Counted from the stretch's first letter, positions 32,106 through 40,995 are shown. The stretch: 64,000 nt of DNA from Candidatus Kaiserbacteria bacterium RIFOXYB1_FULL_46_14 (GCA_001783525.1 MFMS01000002.1:121791-185790); one strand, 5' to 3'. The notes: generated from the letters alone by a model not told the origin. A program made the numbers and translations.

Positions 32106-32131
32106 AAAAGAGCTCCGAAGGGAGCTCTTTT
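32106..32131. terminator. Intrinsic terminator after rpsI
   Basis: AAAAGAGCTCC-GAAG-GGAGCTCTTTT. Confidence 0.8.
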
Positions 32132-32132
32132 C

Positions 32133-32543
32133 TTAACGTTTTGACCACTGTGGGGCGCGGCGGGCTTTGCGGAGACCGAACTTCTTTCGTTCAACGGCGC
32201 GAGGGTCACGCATAAGGTGTCCACTCTTCTTCAAAAGACCGCGACGAGTGCTCTTCTCAGCAAGTAGAGCGCGAGCGATACCGAGCTTGATAGCATCAGC
32301 CTGTGCGGAAAGACCGCTACCGAAAACCTTTACCGTGATGGTGTAGTCACTGGCATCGAGCTTGTCGATCAAAAGTGGTGACATTGCAGCATCAACGTGT
32401 GACTTGTGCTTGAAGTACTCCTCAATCTTCTTGTCATTTACAACTACCGTAGTTGCAGTAGCTGGAGTAAGGCGAACACGAGCGCTCGCAGTCTTGCGGC
32501 GGCCGATGCCTTCGTTGTATCTGGTTTTAGTAGCAGTTGTCAT
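32133..32543 (-). CDS. rpsI: 30S ribosomal protein S9
   Basis: GRRKTA..RV and ERKKFGLRKARRAPQWSKR motifs. Confidence 0.97.
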   Translation of the reverse strand: MTTATKTRYNEGIGRRKTASARVRLTPATATTVVVNDKKIEEYFKHKSHVDAAMSPLLIDKLDASDYTITVKVFGSGLSAQADAIKLGIARALLAEKSTRRGLLKKSGHLMRDPRAVERKKFGLRKARRAPQWSKR

Positions 32544-32545
32544 AA

Positions 32546-32908
32546 TTAATCTTTGATCTTGAGGTTCTTGAGCGCTGGCTTGCGAAGCTTGTTCTTAGCG
32601 AGCATGCCGTTAATAGTGCGGCGCAATACTTCACCGATGCCAAGGCGTTTAGCTAGATGGTCGAGAGTCTCAGTACGAAGGCCACCCGGGTAACCAGAGT
32701 AGCTCTGGTAACCTTCTTCCTTTCGATGTTCAGGAATGTCGAGCTTAGAAGCGTTTTCGATTGTGACGGTAACATCAGCCAATACATTAGGCATGAAGCT
32801 TGGATCGTTCTTGCCACGCAAAACTGCAGCCGCTTCGGTAGCAACACGGCCGAGGCGCTTACCAGAAGCGTCGATAGTGTATTCCTTTTTGTTGTTTTCC
32901 GTTGTCAT
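32546..32908 (-). CDS. rplM: 50S ribosomal protein L13
   Basis: IDA....GR.A, SGYPGGL and GML.KN motifs. Confidence 0.95.
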   Translation of the reverse strand: MTTENNKKEYTIDASGKRLGRVATEAAAVLRGKNDPSFMPNVLADVTVTIENASKLDIPEHRKEEGYQSYSGYPGGLRTETLDHLAKRLGIGEVLRRTINGMLAKNKLRKPALKNLKIKD

Positions 32909-32910
32909 AA

Positions 32911-33264
32911 TTATACAAACTCGATTACGGATTCTTCTCGGCCGGCTTTGGTGAGACCCAACTTGATAATGCGGGTGTAGCCGCCTTTGCGCTCTGCAAA
33001 GCGTGGTGCTAGCTCATCAAAGAGCTTTCGCATCACTTGTGCGCGAGGCTCCCCAAGGCTGGTGGCCGCAAGACGACGAGCGCTTACTGTACCGCTCTTG
33101 CCATAAGAAACAAGACGCTCTGCGAATGGACGAAGTTCTTTAGCCTTAGCTGAAGTGGTTTTGATCTTACCCTTTACGATAAGGTCGGCCGCCAAGCCGC
33201 GCAAAAGAGCAGTACGTCCGCGACGGGTTCGGCTGAGCTTTCTAGTTTTTACGGAGTGATTCAT
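32911..33264 (-). CDS. rplQ: 50S ribosomal protein L17
   Basis: IKTT.AKAKELR and GGYTRI motifs. Confidence 0.96.
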   Translation of the reverse strand: MNHSVKTRKLSRTRRGRTALLRGLAADLIVKGKIKTTSAKAKELRPFAERLVSYGKSGTVSARRLAATSLGEPRAQVMRKLFDELAPRFAERKGGYTRIIKLGLTKAGREESVIEFV

Positions 33265-33291
33265 ATAAATTGATCGGTCAAATTAGGTCTC

Positions 33292-34245
33292 TTACTCGGC
33301 GAGCTTGAGGCTCATTCGCTCCAAGAGTTCGACGATTTCATCGAGTCCTTTTGGACCAATACCATCGAGCGCTAGGATATCATCTTTTTTCTTACGGACA
33401 AGGCCGCCGATGGTGCGGATCGAAGCGTCTTCGAGAGCACCAAGGGTGCGCGCTGATAGATCGAGGGTCTCGATACGGGTCTTGAGAACGTCTTGGTCAA
33501 CAGCTTCTAGCTTCTCTACTTCTTTTTCTTCAGCCTTTTGAGCTGGCTCAGTGTCCTTGAAACCGGTGATAGCCTTGAGCTGGTGGATCATGATTTCGAT
33601 CGACTTCTCGATAGCCTCACGTGGAGTCAAAGTACCATCTGTCTCAACGAAGAGACGAAGACGGTTGTAGTCAGTACGCTCACCAACACGCATGTTTTCT
33701 ACTTCGTAGTTGGCACGACGGATAGGTGTGAATACGGCATCAAGTGCGATAGCGCCGATGTCCATCTTCTCCTTCTGATGTGCCTCACGTGCTACATAGC
33801 CAAGGCCACGGCTTACGGTCATTTCGATATCTAGAGAAACACCCTTACCAGTCACTTCTGCAATTGGTTGTTCTGGATTTAGAATCTCGATCTGACTTGG
33901 GGCGTCGATGTCTTTAGCAGTAACTACACCAAGCTTGTTGGTCTTCAAACGCATTGTTACTGGTTCTTCGCTATGAAGAGCAAGACGAATACGCTTGATG
34001 TGGAGAAGGATGTTGATGACATCTTCCTTAACACCGTCGATAGTATCAAACTCATGCTTTACACCGTCGATCTTCACGTGAGTAACAGCCGCTCCTGGTA
34101 GAGAAGATAGGATGATGCGACGGAGAGAGTTACCAAGAGTGTGTCCGTAGCCAGGATAAAGACCATCGATCTCAAAGATCCCTTGGAACTCTTCTTCCTT
34201 CACAGCGCGAGGCTTGGATGGAAGTGTGACGTTGGTTTCTAGCAT
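33292..34245 (-). CDS. rpoA: RNA polymerase alpha subunit
   Basis: GYGHTLGNSLRRIILSSLPG; alpha-CTD (LSART). Confidence 0.97.
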   Translation of the reverse strand: MLETNVTLPSKPRAVKEEEFQGIFEIDGLYPGYGHTLGNSLRRIILSSLPGAAVTHVKIDGVKHEFDTIDGVKEDVINILLHIKRIRLALHSEEPVTMRLKTNKLGVVTAKDIDAPSQIEILNPEQPIAEVTGKGVSLDIEMTVSRGLGYVAREAHQKEKMDIGAIALDAVFTPIRRANYEVENMRVGERTDYNRLRLFVETDGTLTPREAIEKSIEIMIHQLKAITGFKDTEPAQKAEEKEVEKLEAVDQDVLKTRIETLDLSARTLGALEDASIRTIGGLVRKKKDDILALDGIGPKGLDEIVELLERMSLKLAE

Positions 34246-34284
34246 AGTTTTAATTATTTAACGGCTAATTAAATGGGCCAATTA

Positions 34285-34890
34285 CTAGCGGCTGTAAAAT
34301 TCCAGCACCTGTTCTGGATCAAACAGAGTTTCAGAAGGTTCATAGGTCGCTGCTCCCAACACACTGCCCTCTAGCTTGGTAGGATCGAATTTCAGCCAAT
34401 TAGGTACTCCAGTAGTGGTCTTTTCCTCTCCTCCAGTAAAGAGTCCTGAACTGCGGCTACCATCACGTACGGAGATTATATCGCCAACCTTGACCTGATG
34501 AGAAGGGATAGTGAACTTCTTACCATTCACCTTGAAGTGGCCGTGAGAGACCATCTGGCGAGACATACGACGAGTCTTAGCAAAACCAAGACGATAAGCA
34601 ACGTTATCAAGACGTGCTTCAAGACGACCCATCAAAAATACTGTTGGATGAGCGCTCTTAAGTACTGCTTCATCCACATACTTGCGGAGTTGCTTCTCGG
34701 TAATACCGTAAGAAAAACGCATCTTCTGCTTTTCGATAAGCTGACGTTTGAAGTCACTCATTTGAGCTGGGCGGCCTTTTCGTACTCGGCCAACGCGGGC
34801 AGCGGAAAGAGCAAACTTTGCAGTTTGTGTCTTTTCAAAGATTGGTGCGCCTAGACGCTTGGCAATTTTATATTTTGGACCAATTTTCAT
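34285..34890 (-). CDS. rpsD: 30S ribosomal protein S4
   Basis: QL.EKQK, LE.RLDN, RQ.VSHGH and EFYSR motifs. Confidence 0.97.
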   Translation of the reverse strand: MKIGPKYKIAKRLGAPIFEKTQTAKFALSAARVGRVRKGRPAQMSDFKRQLIEKQKMRFSYGITEKQLRKYVDEAVLKSAHPTVFLMGRLEARLDNVAYRLGFAKTRRMSRQMVSHGHFKVNGKKFTIPSHQVKVGDIISVRDGSRSSGLFTGGEEKTTTGVPNWLKFDPTKLEGSVLGAATYEPSETLFDPEQVLEFYSR

Positions 34891-34901
34891 AAATAAAAAC
34901 T

Positions 34902-35333
34902 TTAGACGCGACGTGGCTTCTTAGCTCGCGGACCGTTGTGCGGCACCGGAGTCATATCGATGATCTTACTAATAGCGATACCCTTGCCGGAAAAAGCACG
35001 GAGAGCAGACTCACGACCGGCACCGATACCACGAATGATCACTTCTGCATCACGCATACCCATTTGGCTGGCCTTCTCACCGATAATCTCACCTACCTTA
35101 GCGGCGGCGAAAGGAGTTGACTTACGAGAACCCTTGAAGCCCATAGCTCCACTTGAGGCGGCGATAAGGCTGTTACCGTTGGTGTCAGCTAGCGTAACGA
35201 TAGTGTTATTGAAAGTAGCTAGGATGTTGAGGCGACCAGAAGCAACCTTCTTCTTTGGGACACGGTTAAGAGCTCGTGACGTTCCCGCCACATCTGATCC
35301 CCCACCTTTTTTTATGATTCGTTTCTTACCCAT
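34902..35333 (-). CDS. rpsK: 30S ribosomal protein S11
   Basis: ATFNNTIVT, GFKGSRKSTPFAA and TPVPHNG motifs. Confidence 0.97.
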   Translation of the reverse strand: MGKKRIIKKGGGSDVAGTSRALNRVPKKKVASGRLNILATFNNTIVTLADTNGNSLIAASSGAMGFKGSRKSTPFAAAKVGEIIGEKASQMGMRDAEVIIRGIGAGRESALRAFSGKGIAISKIIDMTPVPHNGPRAKKPRRV

Positions 35334-35352
35334 AGGAATTTCTTGAATGAAG

Positions 35353-35483
35353 TTTAAACTTTTGGATTTGGATACAGATGACTTCGGTTGGAGGAAATTT
35401 TATGAGAGAGGTGTAGATAGACCTACATCGACTGAATAAAATTTCTGAAACCAAGGCATATGTGCCAAATCCGGAAGTTTTAA
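35353..35483 (+). repeat. Long imperfect hairpin element, copy 1 (rpsM-rpsK intergenic)
   Basis: AAACTTTTGGATTTGG...CCAAATCCGGAAGTTT arms; core shared with 47146..47272. Confidence 0.75.
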
Positions 35484-35857
35484 GTTTTTTCGAGCTTACG
35501 ACGTCCAGATCCCATAGTCTTCTTAACTCCCTTCAGGGTGCGGGCGTTGGTCTTGGTACGCTGGCCGCGTGCTGGTAGGCGCTTTTGATGGCGACTACCG
35601 CGGTACGAGCCGATGTCCTTAAGACGCTTAATGTCAGAGGACACTTGGCGCTTAAGTTCACCTTCAATAGTAAATGACTCGACTTTCTCGCGAATAGCAT
35701 TTTCCTGCTCAGGCGACATATCGGCAGGCTTGGCAGCTCCGTCGATCTTAAGCTCAGCAAGAATAACTTTGGCGCGTGTAAGCCCAATACCGTAAACGGC
35801 TGTCAGTCCGAAAGACAAATGCTTGTTATCGGGGATGTTGATACCAGAAATTCTCAT
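35480..35857 (-). CDS. rpsM: 30S ribosomal protein S13
   Basis: YGIG, YRG.RH...LP.RGQRTKTNART motifs. Confidence 0.97.
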   Translation of the reverse strand: MRISGINIPDNKHLSFGLTAVYGIGLTRAKVILAELKIDGAAKPADMSPEQENAIREKVESFTIEGELKRQVSSDIKRLKDIGSYRGSRHQKRLPARGQRTKTNARTLKGVKKTMGSGRRKLEKT

Positions 35858-35860
35858 AGA

Positions 35861-35977
35861 TTAACCCTGTCTTTGCTTATGTCGTGGCTTCTTCTTGTTG
35901 ATTACGTAAATCTTGCCACGACGACGAACGATAATATCGTCCGGACTGCGCTTTTTAATCGATGACTTAACTTTCAT
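35861..35977 (-). CDS. rpmJ: 50S ribosomal protein L36, Cys-less type
   Basis: [38 protein letters not shown]. Confidence 0.93.
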   Translation of the reverse strand: MKVKSSIKKRSPDDIIVRRRGKIYVINKKKPRHKQRQG

Positions 35978-35999
35978 AAATTCCTCTTTCGTAGTTGAT

Positions 36000-36218
36000 T
36001 TAAAGACGTTTGGTGATTCGACCCTTGCCGCCGTATTGATCGAGCACAATAGCGACTCGATCGCCGACTAGGACACGAATCCTAAACTTTCGCATCTTGC
36101 CAGCAAGAAAGGTCAAGATGGTTTGATTGCTGTCATCAAGTACGACCCGAAAGAGCGCATTTGGTAGCGCCTCCTCCACTGTTCCGTAGACGAGGTTTTC
36201 CTTTTGTGTTTCGGACAT
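36000..36218 (-). CDS. infA: Translation initiation factor IF-1
   Basis: [14 protein letters not shown] and GKMR...IRVLVGDRV motifs. Confidence 0.95.
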   Translation of the reverse strand: MSETQKENLVYGTVEEALPNALFRVVLDDSNQTILTFLAGKMRKFRIRVLVGDRVAIVLDQYGGKGRITKRL

Positions 36219-36230
36219 CAAACGGGGGAA

Positions 36231-36259
36231 AGTTTAGCAGATACTTTATAATACGTCAA
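36231..36259 (-). promoter_or_regulatory. Promoter of the infA-alpha operon
   Basis: TTGACG-17 nt-TAAACT with TG extension. Confidence 0.6.
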
Positions 36260-36265
36260 TACTCT

Positions 36266-37573
36266 CTATTGACCGACCGACTCGATAATCGTGATATCGG
36301 CAGAATCATCCGGGAAACTGCGGGCCCAGAATGGTCTAATTGTAGCCGTTGCCTTCTCAATGGCTGGATAGCCGCCAAGAACGGTGTTAATGGCGGTTTT
36401 AGGCGCTCCAGCTAGATCCTTCTTTAGCTGTTCTGCGTCGTAAACCCAGATAAGACGTGGCTTTCCAGTTAGACGGAAGCTGATCGACTCCTTAGAGGCG
36501 AGGTCTGATTCTAACATAGCTTGATCAACATACTCAAAACTAAGTGCGCCAACGTTCTCAATCCGGACAGGCTCGTTTTCATAACCAGGGATTACACTCT
36601 TGGCAATGAAGGCAGCCAACAAGTCATCTTTGAATAGCGGTACCTTGAGCGAGACTTTTTCTTTTATCTTGACCTGACCCTCACCGACAGCTTCGCCTGG
36701 CAAAGTGGTGTAAGTGTAAGTGTAGCTTGACTGCAAGACACTAAAGCCGGCTGGCTTTTCTTTGTCCACTCTTTGTACTAGGGCTTCCTTAAGCTCGCCA
36801 CGCAAGCTTCCGAGTGCAGTTTGCATTTCGTTGTCGTCCACGATGTAACGAGGGCCGTCGAAGCCACCGGCGATCGCAGACGCGTTTTCTGCATAAATAG
36901 CATTATAGAGATCGGTTAGATCATTTTCGCGGAACCCTGGCACGGAGAAGCGGGTACCAGCTGACAGGTTGTACTTAGGACCAGCTTCTTCAGCGAAGAT
37001 CTTGGCTGTCACTGAACCAGGTACTGACTTCCCTTCGCTGTCTGTTGTCGCTCCCGGTACAACTGCAGATTCTGTGATACGGAAGACCGATCCGTCAGAC
37101 GATTCAAAACGAGTGTTTTTGATAAGGCGCTCTTGTCCGGAGGTTGTCTTATAGATGGTGATTTCACCAGTGGCCTGCTCCGTAACCTGTTCTTGGCCAG
37201 TAGCAGTAACTTGGCGTTCGCCCTCAGCTTCGAAGGTGATGATTTCGTAGGCCAATTCACCGCCGGTCGCTTGTCGTTTTGCTTCGAGTGAAGCGTTGAC
37301 GACCGGTTCACGCCAGCGTGGAAATACAGTGACCTTAGCCCCGCCAATAAAAGTGCTGATTACTACACCAATTGCAACTATCGCGAGGAATATGAATACA
37401 GCAACCCAGATGGGCTTCTTTCCTGATCCGCGGCTATTGCTACGCACACGCTCGACTACGGGTTCTTTGGGTAATACGCGTTCTGTCGTCTCATCCATCG
37501 GCATACTAGCGCGAGCCGGACGGCTCTGTCTCTTTGGCGGTTTTATATCTTGCAAATTCCACTTTTTATCCAT
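36266..37573 (-). CDS. Single-TM protein with baseplate J/gp47-like beta domain
   Basis: DIKPP N-terminus and TM, then ATGEITIY...LIKNTRF..SDG.VFR...VVPG...A...G..YN...GG pattern. Confidence 0.6.
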   Translation of the reverse strand: MDKKWNLQDIKPPKRQSRPARASMPMDETTERVLPKEPVVERVRSNSRGSGKKPIWVAVFIFLAIVAIGVVISTFIGGAKVTVFPRWREPVVNASLEAKRQATGGELAYEIITFEAEGERQVTATGQEQVTEQATGEITIYKTTSGQERLIKNTRFESSDGSVFRITESAVVPGATTDSEGKSVPGSVTAKIFAEEAGPKYNLSAGTRFSVPGFRENDLTDLYNAIYAENASAIAGGFDGPRYIVDDNEMQTALGSLRGELKEALVQRVDKEKPAGFSVLQSSYTYTYTTLPGEAVGEGQVKIKEKVSLKVPLFKDDLLAAFIAKSVIPGYENEPVRIENVGALSFEYVDQAMLESDLASKESISFRLTGKPRLIWVYDAEQLKKDLAGAPKTAINTVLGGYPAIEKATATIRPFWARSFPDDSADITIIESVGQ

Positions 37574-37600
37574 ATGTCTTTAATTATAACACTAAAGGCG

Positions 37601-38707
37601 TTAACGTCCTTTTTTGTGAAAAAGGAGGGCAGCAACGAGAAGCGGCGTGTCAGCCGTAAGCTCCTGGCTCCAGAGCTTGGGAGTTATGGGGTGGATGGTT
37701 GGTCGTTCTTTCCACAAATCGAGAGTAAGAAGACGATCTCGCAAAAAACGTTGATCGTCATTTTCGGCGTGCATAAAAATAGTAGTCGGAAGTTCATCGA
37801 GGTCGTTTCCCTGAAGTAGTTTTGTTAAAACGGTCTCGTAATCATTAAAGACATCATCAAGGAGTGCGCTTTTGGGAGCGGTCAATGAGCTCATCCCATC
37901 GACATCGTTGTCTCGAAAGAGGTGTTCAGCTTCACTTTCAGGTAGATTAAGAGACTGGGCGAGTTTGGTGATTATGTCATCGGTTCCATGCGGCGTGTGC
38001 GAGATATTGCGAATCTCACCATCTGCAACCACGCATAGCTCAGTTGCAGAGCCGGTTAAGTCGATCAAGCAGATATGATCTGTTGAATGAGGTAGGTCAG
38101 AAATGACACTAAGATAATTGCCGATTCTTGGTTCTATACTGAGTTCTGTGCCTGGTAAGAAGCGATCGTGCGCCGAGACTATTTCGTTGTAGATTGATGC
38201 CGGTAAAACAGAAATCAGCTGGTATAAATTTTGTCCGATCGGTAGCAAAGGCCCTGCTTTGGCCGAAAGACCAAGCTTTCTCTCAAATGAATCTGGCAAA
38301 AGGGCAGCACTTACCTGAGGAGAACGCTCTGCTTGATCCATTATGTCGGTGGTGATATCGACTGGAATTGTGCCCGAGAACTTAAGTCCACGCGCTACTG
38401 TCTCTGAGAGCGGCGCTGAAACAATTATTTTAAAAACCTCAGGATGAAGTTCAGGGAAATTCTGGAGGAGAAAGCGCATCCCATCCATTTCCATCGTTTT
38501 AATTGAAGTCCTAACTGCGCCTTGCAAACGTACCTCATTGCCACGTTCTAGGTGCCCGCGGGGAAAAGCCTCAAAATGAGACCAGATGACCTCTGGATAA
38601 GGTGCACCGACTTCCGATTTAACTAAAGCAAGGTGAATACCATCAAAGCTAATATCAGCCAACGCCATGGCGCGCACCACCGGCTTCCTCTTGGTCAAGG
38701 AAAACAT
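37601..38707 (-). CDS. Degenerate FtsA/PilM-like actin-fold protein
   Basis: N-terminal ADIS...IHL; LIDLTGSATEL...G.DDII..LA..L....EAE.L pattern. Confidence 0.6.
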   Translation of the reverse strand: MFSLTKRKPVVRAMALADISFDGIHLALVKSEVGAPYPEVIWSHFEAFPRGHLERGNEVRLQGAVRTSIKTMEMDGMRFLLQNFPELHPEVFKIIVSAPLSETVARGLKFSGTIPVDITTDIMDQAERSPQVSAALLPDSFERKLGLSAKAGPLLPIGQNLYQLISVLPASIYNEIVSAHDRFLPGTELSIEPRIGNYLSVISDLPHSTDHICLIDLTGSATELCVVADGEIRNISHTPHGTDDIITKLAQSLNLPESEAEHLFRDNDVDGMSSLTAPKSALLDDVFNDYETVLTKLLQGNDLDELPTTIFMHAENDDQRFLRDRLLTLDLWKERPTIHPITPKLWSQELTADTPLLVAALLFHKKGR

Positions 38708-38751
38708 ACATAAAATTTTAAATGTAAACCGTGAATTGTTAAAAGGATAAC

Positions 38752-38782
38752 TAAAGAGCGCCGGCGAAGCCGGCGCTCTTTA
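38752..38782 (-). terminator. Hairpin/terminator after alaS
   Basis: TAAAGAGCGCCGGC-GAA-GCCGGCGCTCTTTA. Confidence 0.7.
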
Positions 38783-38800
38783 TCCTATAAATACCTTCCA

Positions 38801-40678
38801 TTACTCCAAAATAGCTTTGACTCGACGCACTCCCGCAGACGAGGACTCCTCTTTAACGATCTTGAAAGTGCCGGTGATGTCTTCAAGCTTTTCTACATGG
38901 GGGCCGCCGCAGAGTTCGCGTGAGAATACCTCCCCATTACGGCCAGTCATTGTGTATACCTTCACCTCATCTGGATAGCGATCCCAGAAACTACCTTCGA
39001 TAGTTGGGTCGGACTCTGCAGTAGTTTTTTGAAGCATTTCGATAGTCACATCCCCGCCGGTCTTGATGGCAGAGTTTACAAACTCCTCGACTTTGTCGAG
39101 AGTGTCGCGCTCTACCCTGTCTCCATAAGTGAAGTCGAAGCGCAAACGCTCGCCCGTGATGTTTGAGCCGGCTTGGTGGATATCCTTTCCTAAGTATTTA
39201 CGGAGACCAGCCAACATCAAGTGCGTAGCGGTATGATACTGCACCACTTTCTCGGAATGATCGGCTAGACCACCCTTAAACTTCTGTTCAGCACCGGAGC
39301 GTGAAAGTTCTTGGTGTTCAGTCATCTTGGCAGCAAAAGAATCACGATCGATAGAGAGTCCGCGACCTTTTACAATTTCTTCCGTAAGTTCAAAAGGGAA
39401 ACCGTAAGTTGTAAAAAGGACAAAGGCGTCCTCACCGCTTATACTGTCTTTAGCAGAGAGTTTCTCCAGCTCTTTCAAGCCTTTTTCTAGCGTACGACGA
39501 AACTGTTCCTCCTCCCGTGCGATCGTGTCTATAATGTTGTCCTTTTTGTCGGACAAATTACGGTAGTGAGTCTCATAGGTGTGGATAACGCTTTCGGCTA
39601 AGTTTTTGAGCTCACCGGCCGGTACACCTAATTGGTCGGCATAGCGTACAGCGCGACGCAAGAGACGACGTACGAAGTAGCCTTGTTGATCGTTGGCTGG
39701 AAAGACTCCGTCACCGATCATAAACACCGCCCCTCTAATGTGGTCAGTGATGACACGAAAGGCTACTAGATCGTCATCGTATTTTTTTCCAGAAAGACTT
39801 TCGATTTGCTCAACCACTTTCCAAAGCAAATCAACTTTGAATACGTCAGGGTCGCTGTTCTCGGCGGCGGCGATACGCTCCAGACCACCACCAAAATCTA
39901 CGTTGCTTTGTGGAAGCTTAGCAAACGAACCGTCTTCTTTCTTGATGTATTCAATAAAGACCGAGTTTCCTATCTCTAGAAATTGTCCGGAGTCGGAGTT
40001 TGGGTGTGGTTGTTTGTCTTTGAAATCTGGATGAGTGGCGTGTTCAGGGCCAAAGTCATAAAAAACCTCGCTATCTGGCCCGCCGATCTCGCCTATCGGC
40101 ATTACCTCTGGCTTGCCGGAGCGGCTCCACCAGTTCTTGGCGGCATCGTAATAGAAGATACGTCCGCCCTGCATTCCTACATCGTAACCATCCTCCTCAG
40201 AACCAATATGAACAGCCTTGGCCTCAACACCTCTTTCAGCAAAAAGATCTTGCCAGATAGCGACTGATTCATCATCGCGGGGTATGCCAAGTGCTTCATC
40301 TCCGGCAAAGACGGTTACATAAATACGGCTTGGGTCGAGTTTTGCTTCATCAACAAGAAAGGTAAAGAACCAACGCAGTTGATCTTTCTTAAAGTAGTCT
40401 CCGAGTGACCAGTTGCCGAGCATCTCGAAGAAGGTGGTGTGGCGATTGTCGCCTACTTCCTCGATGTCGTTAGCGCGAAAACACTTCTGCGAGTCGGTAA
40501 GACGAGTGCCTTTTGGATGCTTCTCACCCATCAGGTATGGGATGAGTGGCTGCATGCCGCTTCCGGTAAAAAGTGTGGTCGGATCGTTCTCGGGTACGAG
40601 AGCTGATGAAGGAATGACCGCGTGGCCATTTTGCTCCATAAACTTTAAATATTTTTCACGTATTTCGTTGCCAGACAT
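38801..40678 (-). CDS. alaS: Alanine--tRNA ligase lacking the C-Ala domain
   Basis: DPTTLFT.SGM, HTTFFEMLGN, HTATH and ELCGGPH motifs; ends at GVRRVKA. Confidence 0.95.
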   Translation of the reverse strand: MSGNEIREKYLKFMEQNGHAVIPSSALVPENDPTTLFTGSGMQPLIPYLMGEKHPKGTRLTDSQKCFRANDIEEVGDNRHTTFFEMLGNWSLGDYFKKDQLRWFFTFLVDEAKLDPSRIYVTVFAGDEALGIPRDDESVAIWQDLFAERGVEAKAVHIGSEEDGYDVGMQGGRIFYYDAAKNWWSRSGKPEVMPIGEIGGPDSEVFYDFGPEHATHPDFKDKQPHPNSDSGQFLEIGNSVFIEYIKKEDGSFAKLPQSNVDFGGGLERIAAAENSDPDVFKVDLLWKVVEQIESLSGKKYDDDLVAFRVITDHIRGAVFMIGDGVFPANDQQGYFVRRLLRRAVRYADQLGVPAGELKNLAESVIHTYETHYRNLSDKKDNIIDTIAREEEQFRRTLEKGLKELEKLSAKDSISGEDAFVLFTTYGFPFELTEEIVKGRGLSIDRDSFAAKMTEHQELSRSGAEQKFKGGLADHSEKVVQYHTATHLMLAGLRKYLGKDIHQAGSNITGERLRFDFTYGDRVERDTLDKVEEFVNSAIKTGGDVTIEMLQKTTAESDPTIEGSFWDRYPDEVKVYTMTGRNGEVFSRELCGGPHVEKLEDITGTFKIVKEESSSAGVRRVKAILE

Positions 40679-40722
40679 AGACGAAAATATAACATAAAAT
40701 AAAACACCTGCGAGAGGTGTTT

Positions 40723-40764
40723 GGCCGCGACTATTTCTGACAGCTGTCAGAAATAGTCGCGGCC
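40723..40764. repeat. Perfect 42-bp palindrome without spacer
   Basis: GGCCGCGACTATTTCTGACAG|CTGTCAGAAATAGTCGCGGCC. Confidence 0.9.
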
Positions 40765-40773
40765 TTGGTGGTT

Positions 40774-40995
40774 TCAGGCGACTACAGGCATGCCGCCTGT
40801 GCGAAGAGTGTTGTATATGCCGATCAACTGTTTCGGAATCTGATCGGGAGCAATTGTTTCCTTGCTACAGCAAGGGTCAGGACGATCGCCCCTCAGCCAC
40901 TGCCGAAGGACACTTGTTTGACCGGCAATGCGAGTGATGTAGTAGCGAGCATCGCCGACATCTGCAGACTTTTCAAAATCAACAACGTACGTCAT
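40774..40995 (-). CDS. Small hypothetical protein (73 aa)
   Basis: AGGAGG 5 nt before ATG; fills the pepF-alaS gap. Confidence 0.55.
   Translation of the reverse strand: MTYVVDFEKSADVGDARYYITRIAGQTSVLRQWLRGDRPDPCCSKETIAPDQIPKQLIGIYNTLRTGGMPVVA

Noticed and set aside
35353-35483. Integron attC interpretation of the long hairpins
   Set aside because: The ends do not fit RYYYAAC/GTTRRRY, the flanking genes are core genes, and no integrase is present.
36266-37573. Prophage suggested by the baseplate-J-like domain
   Set aside because: The protein is membrane-anchored among housekeeping genes, with no other phage genes or integrase.
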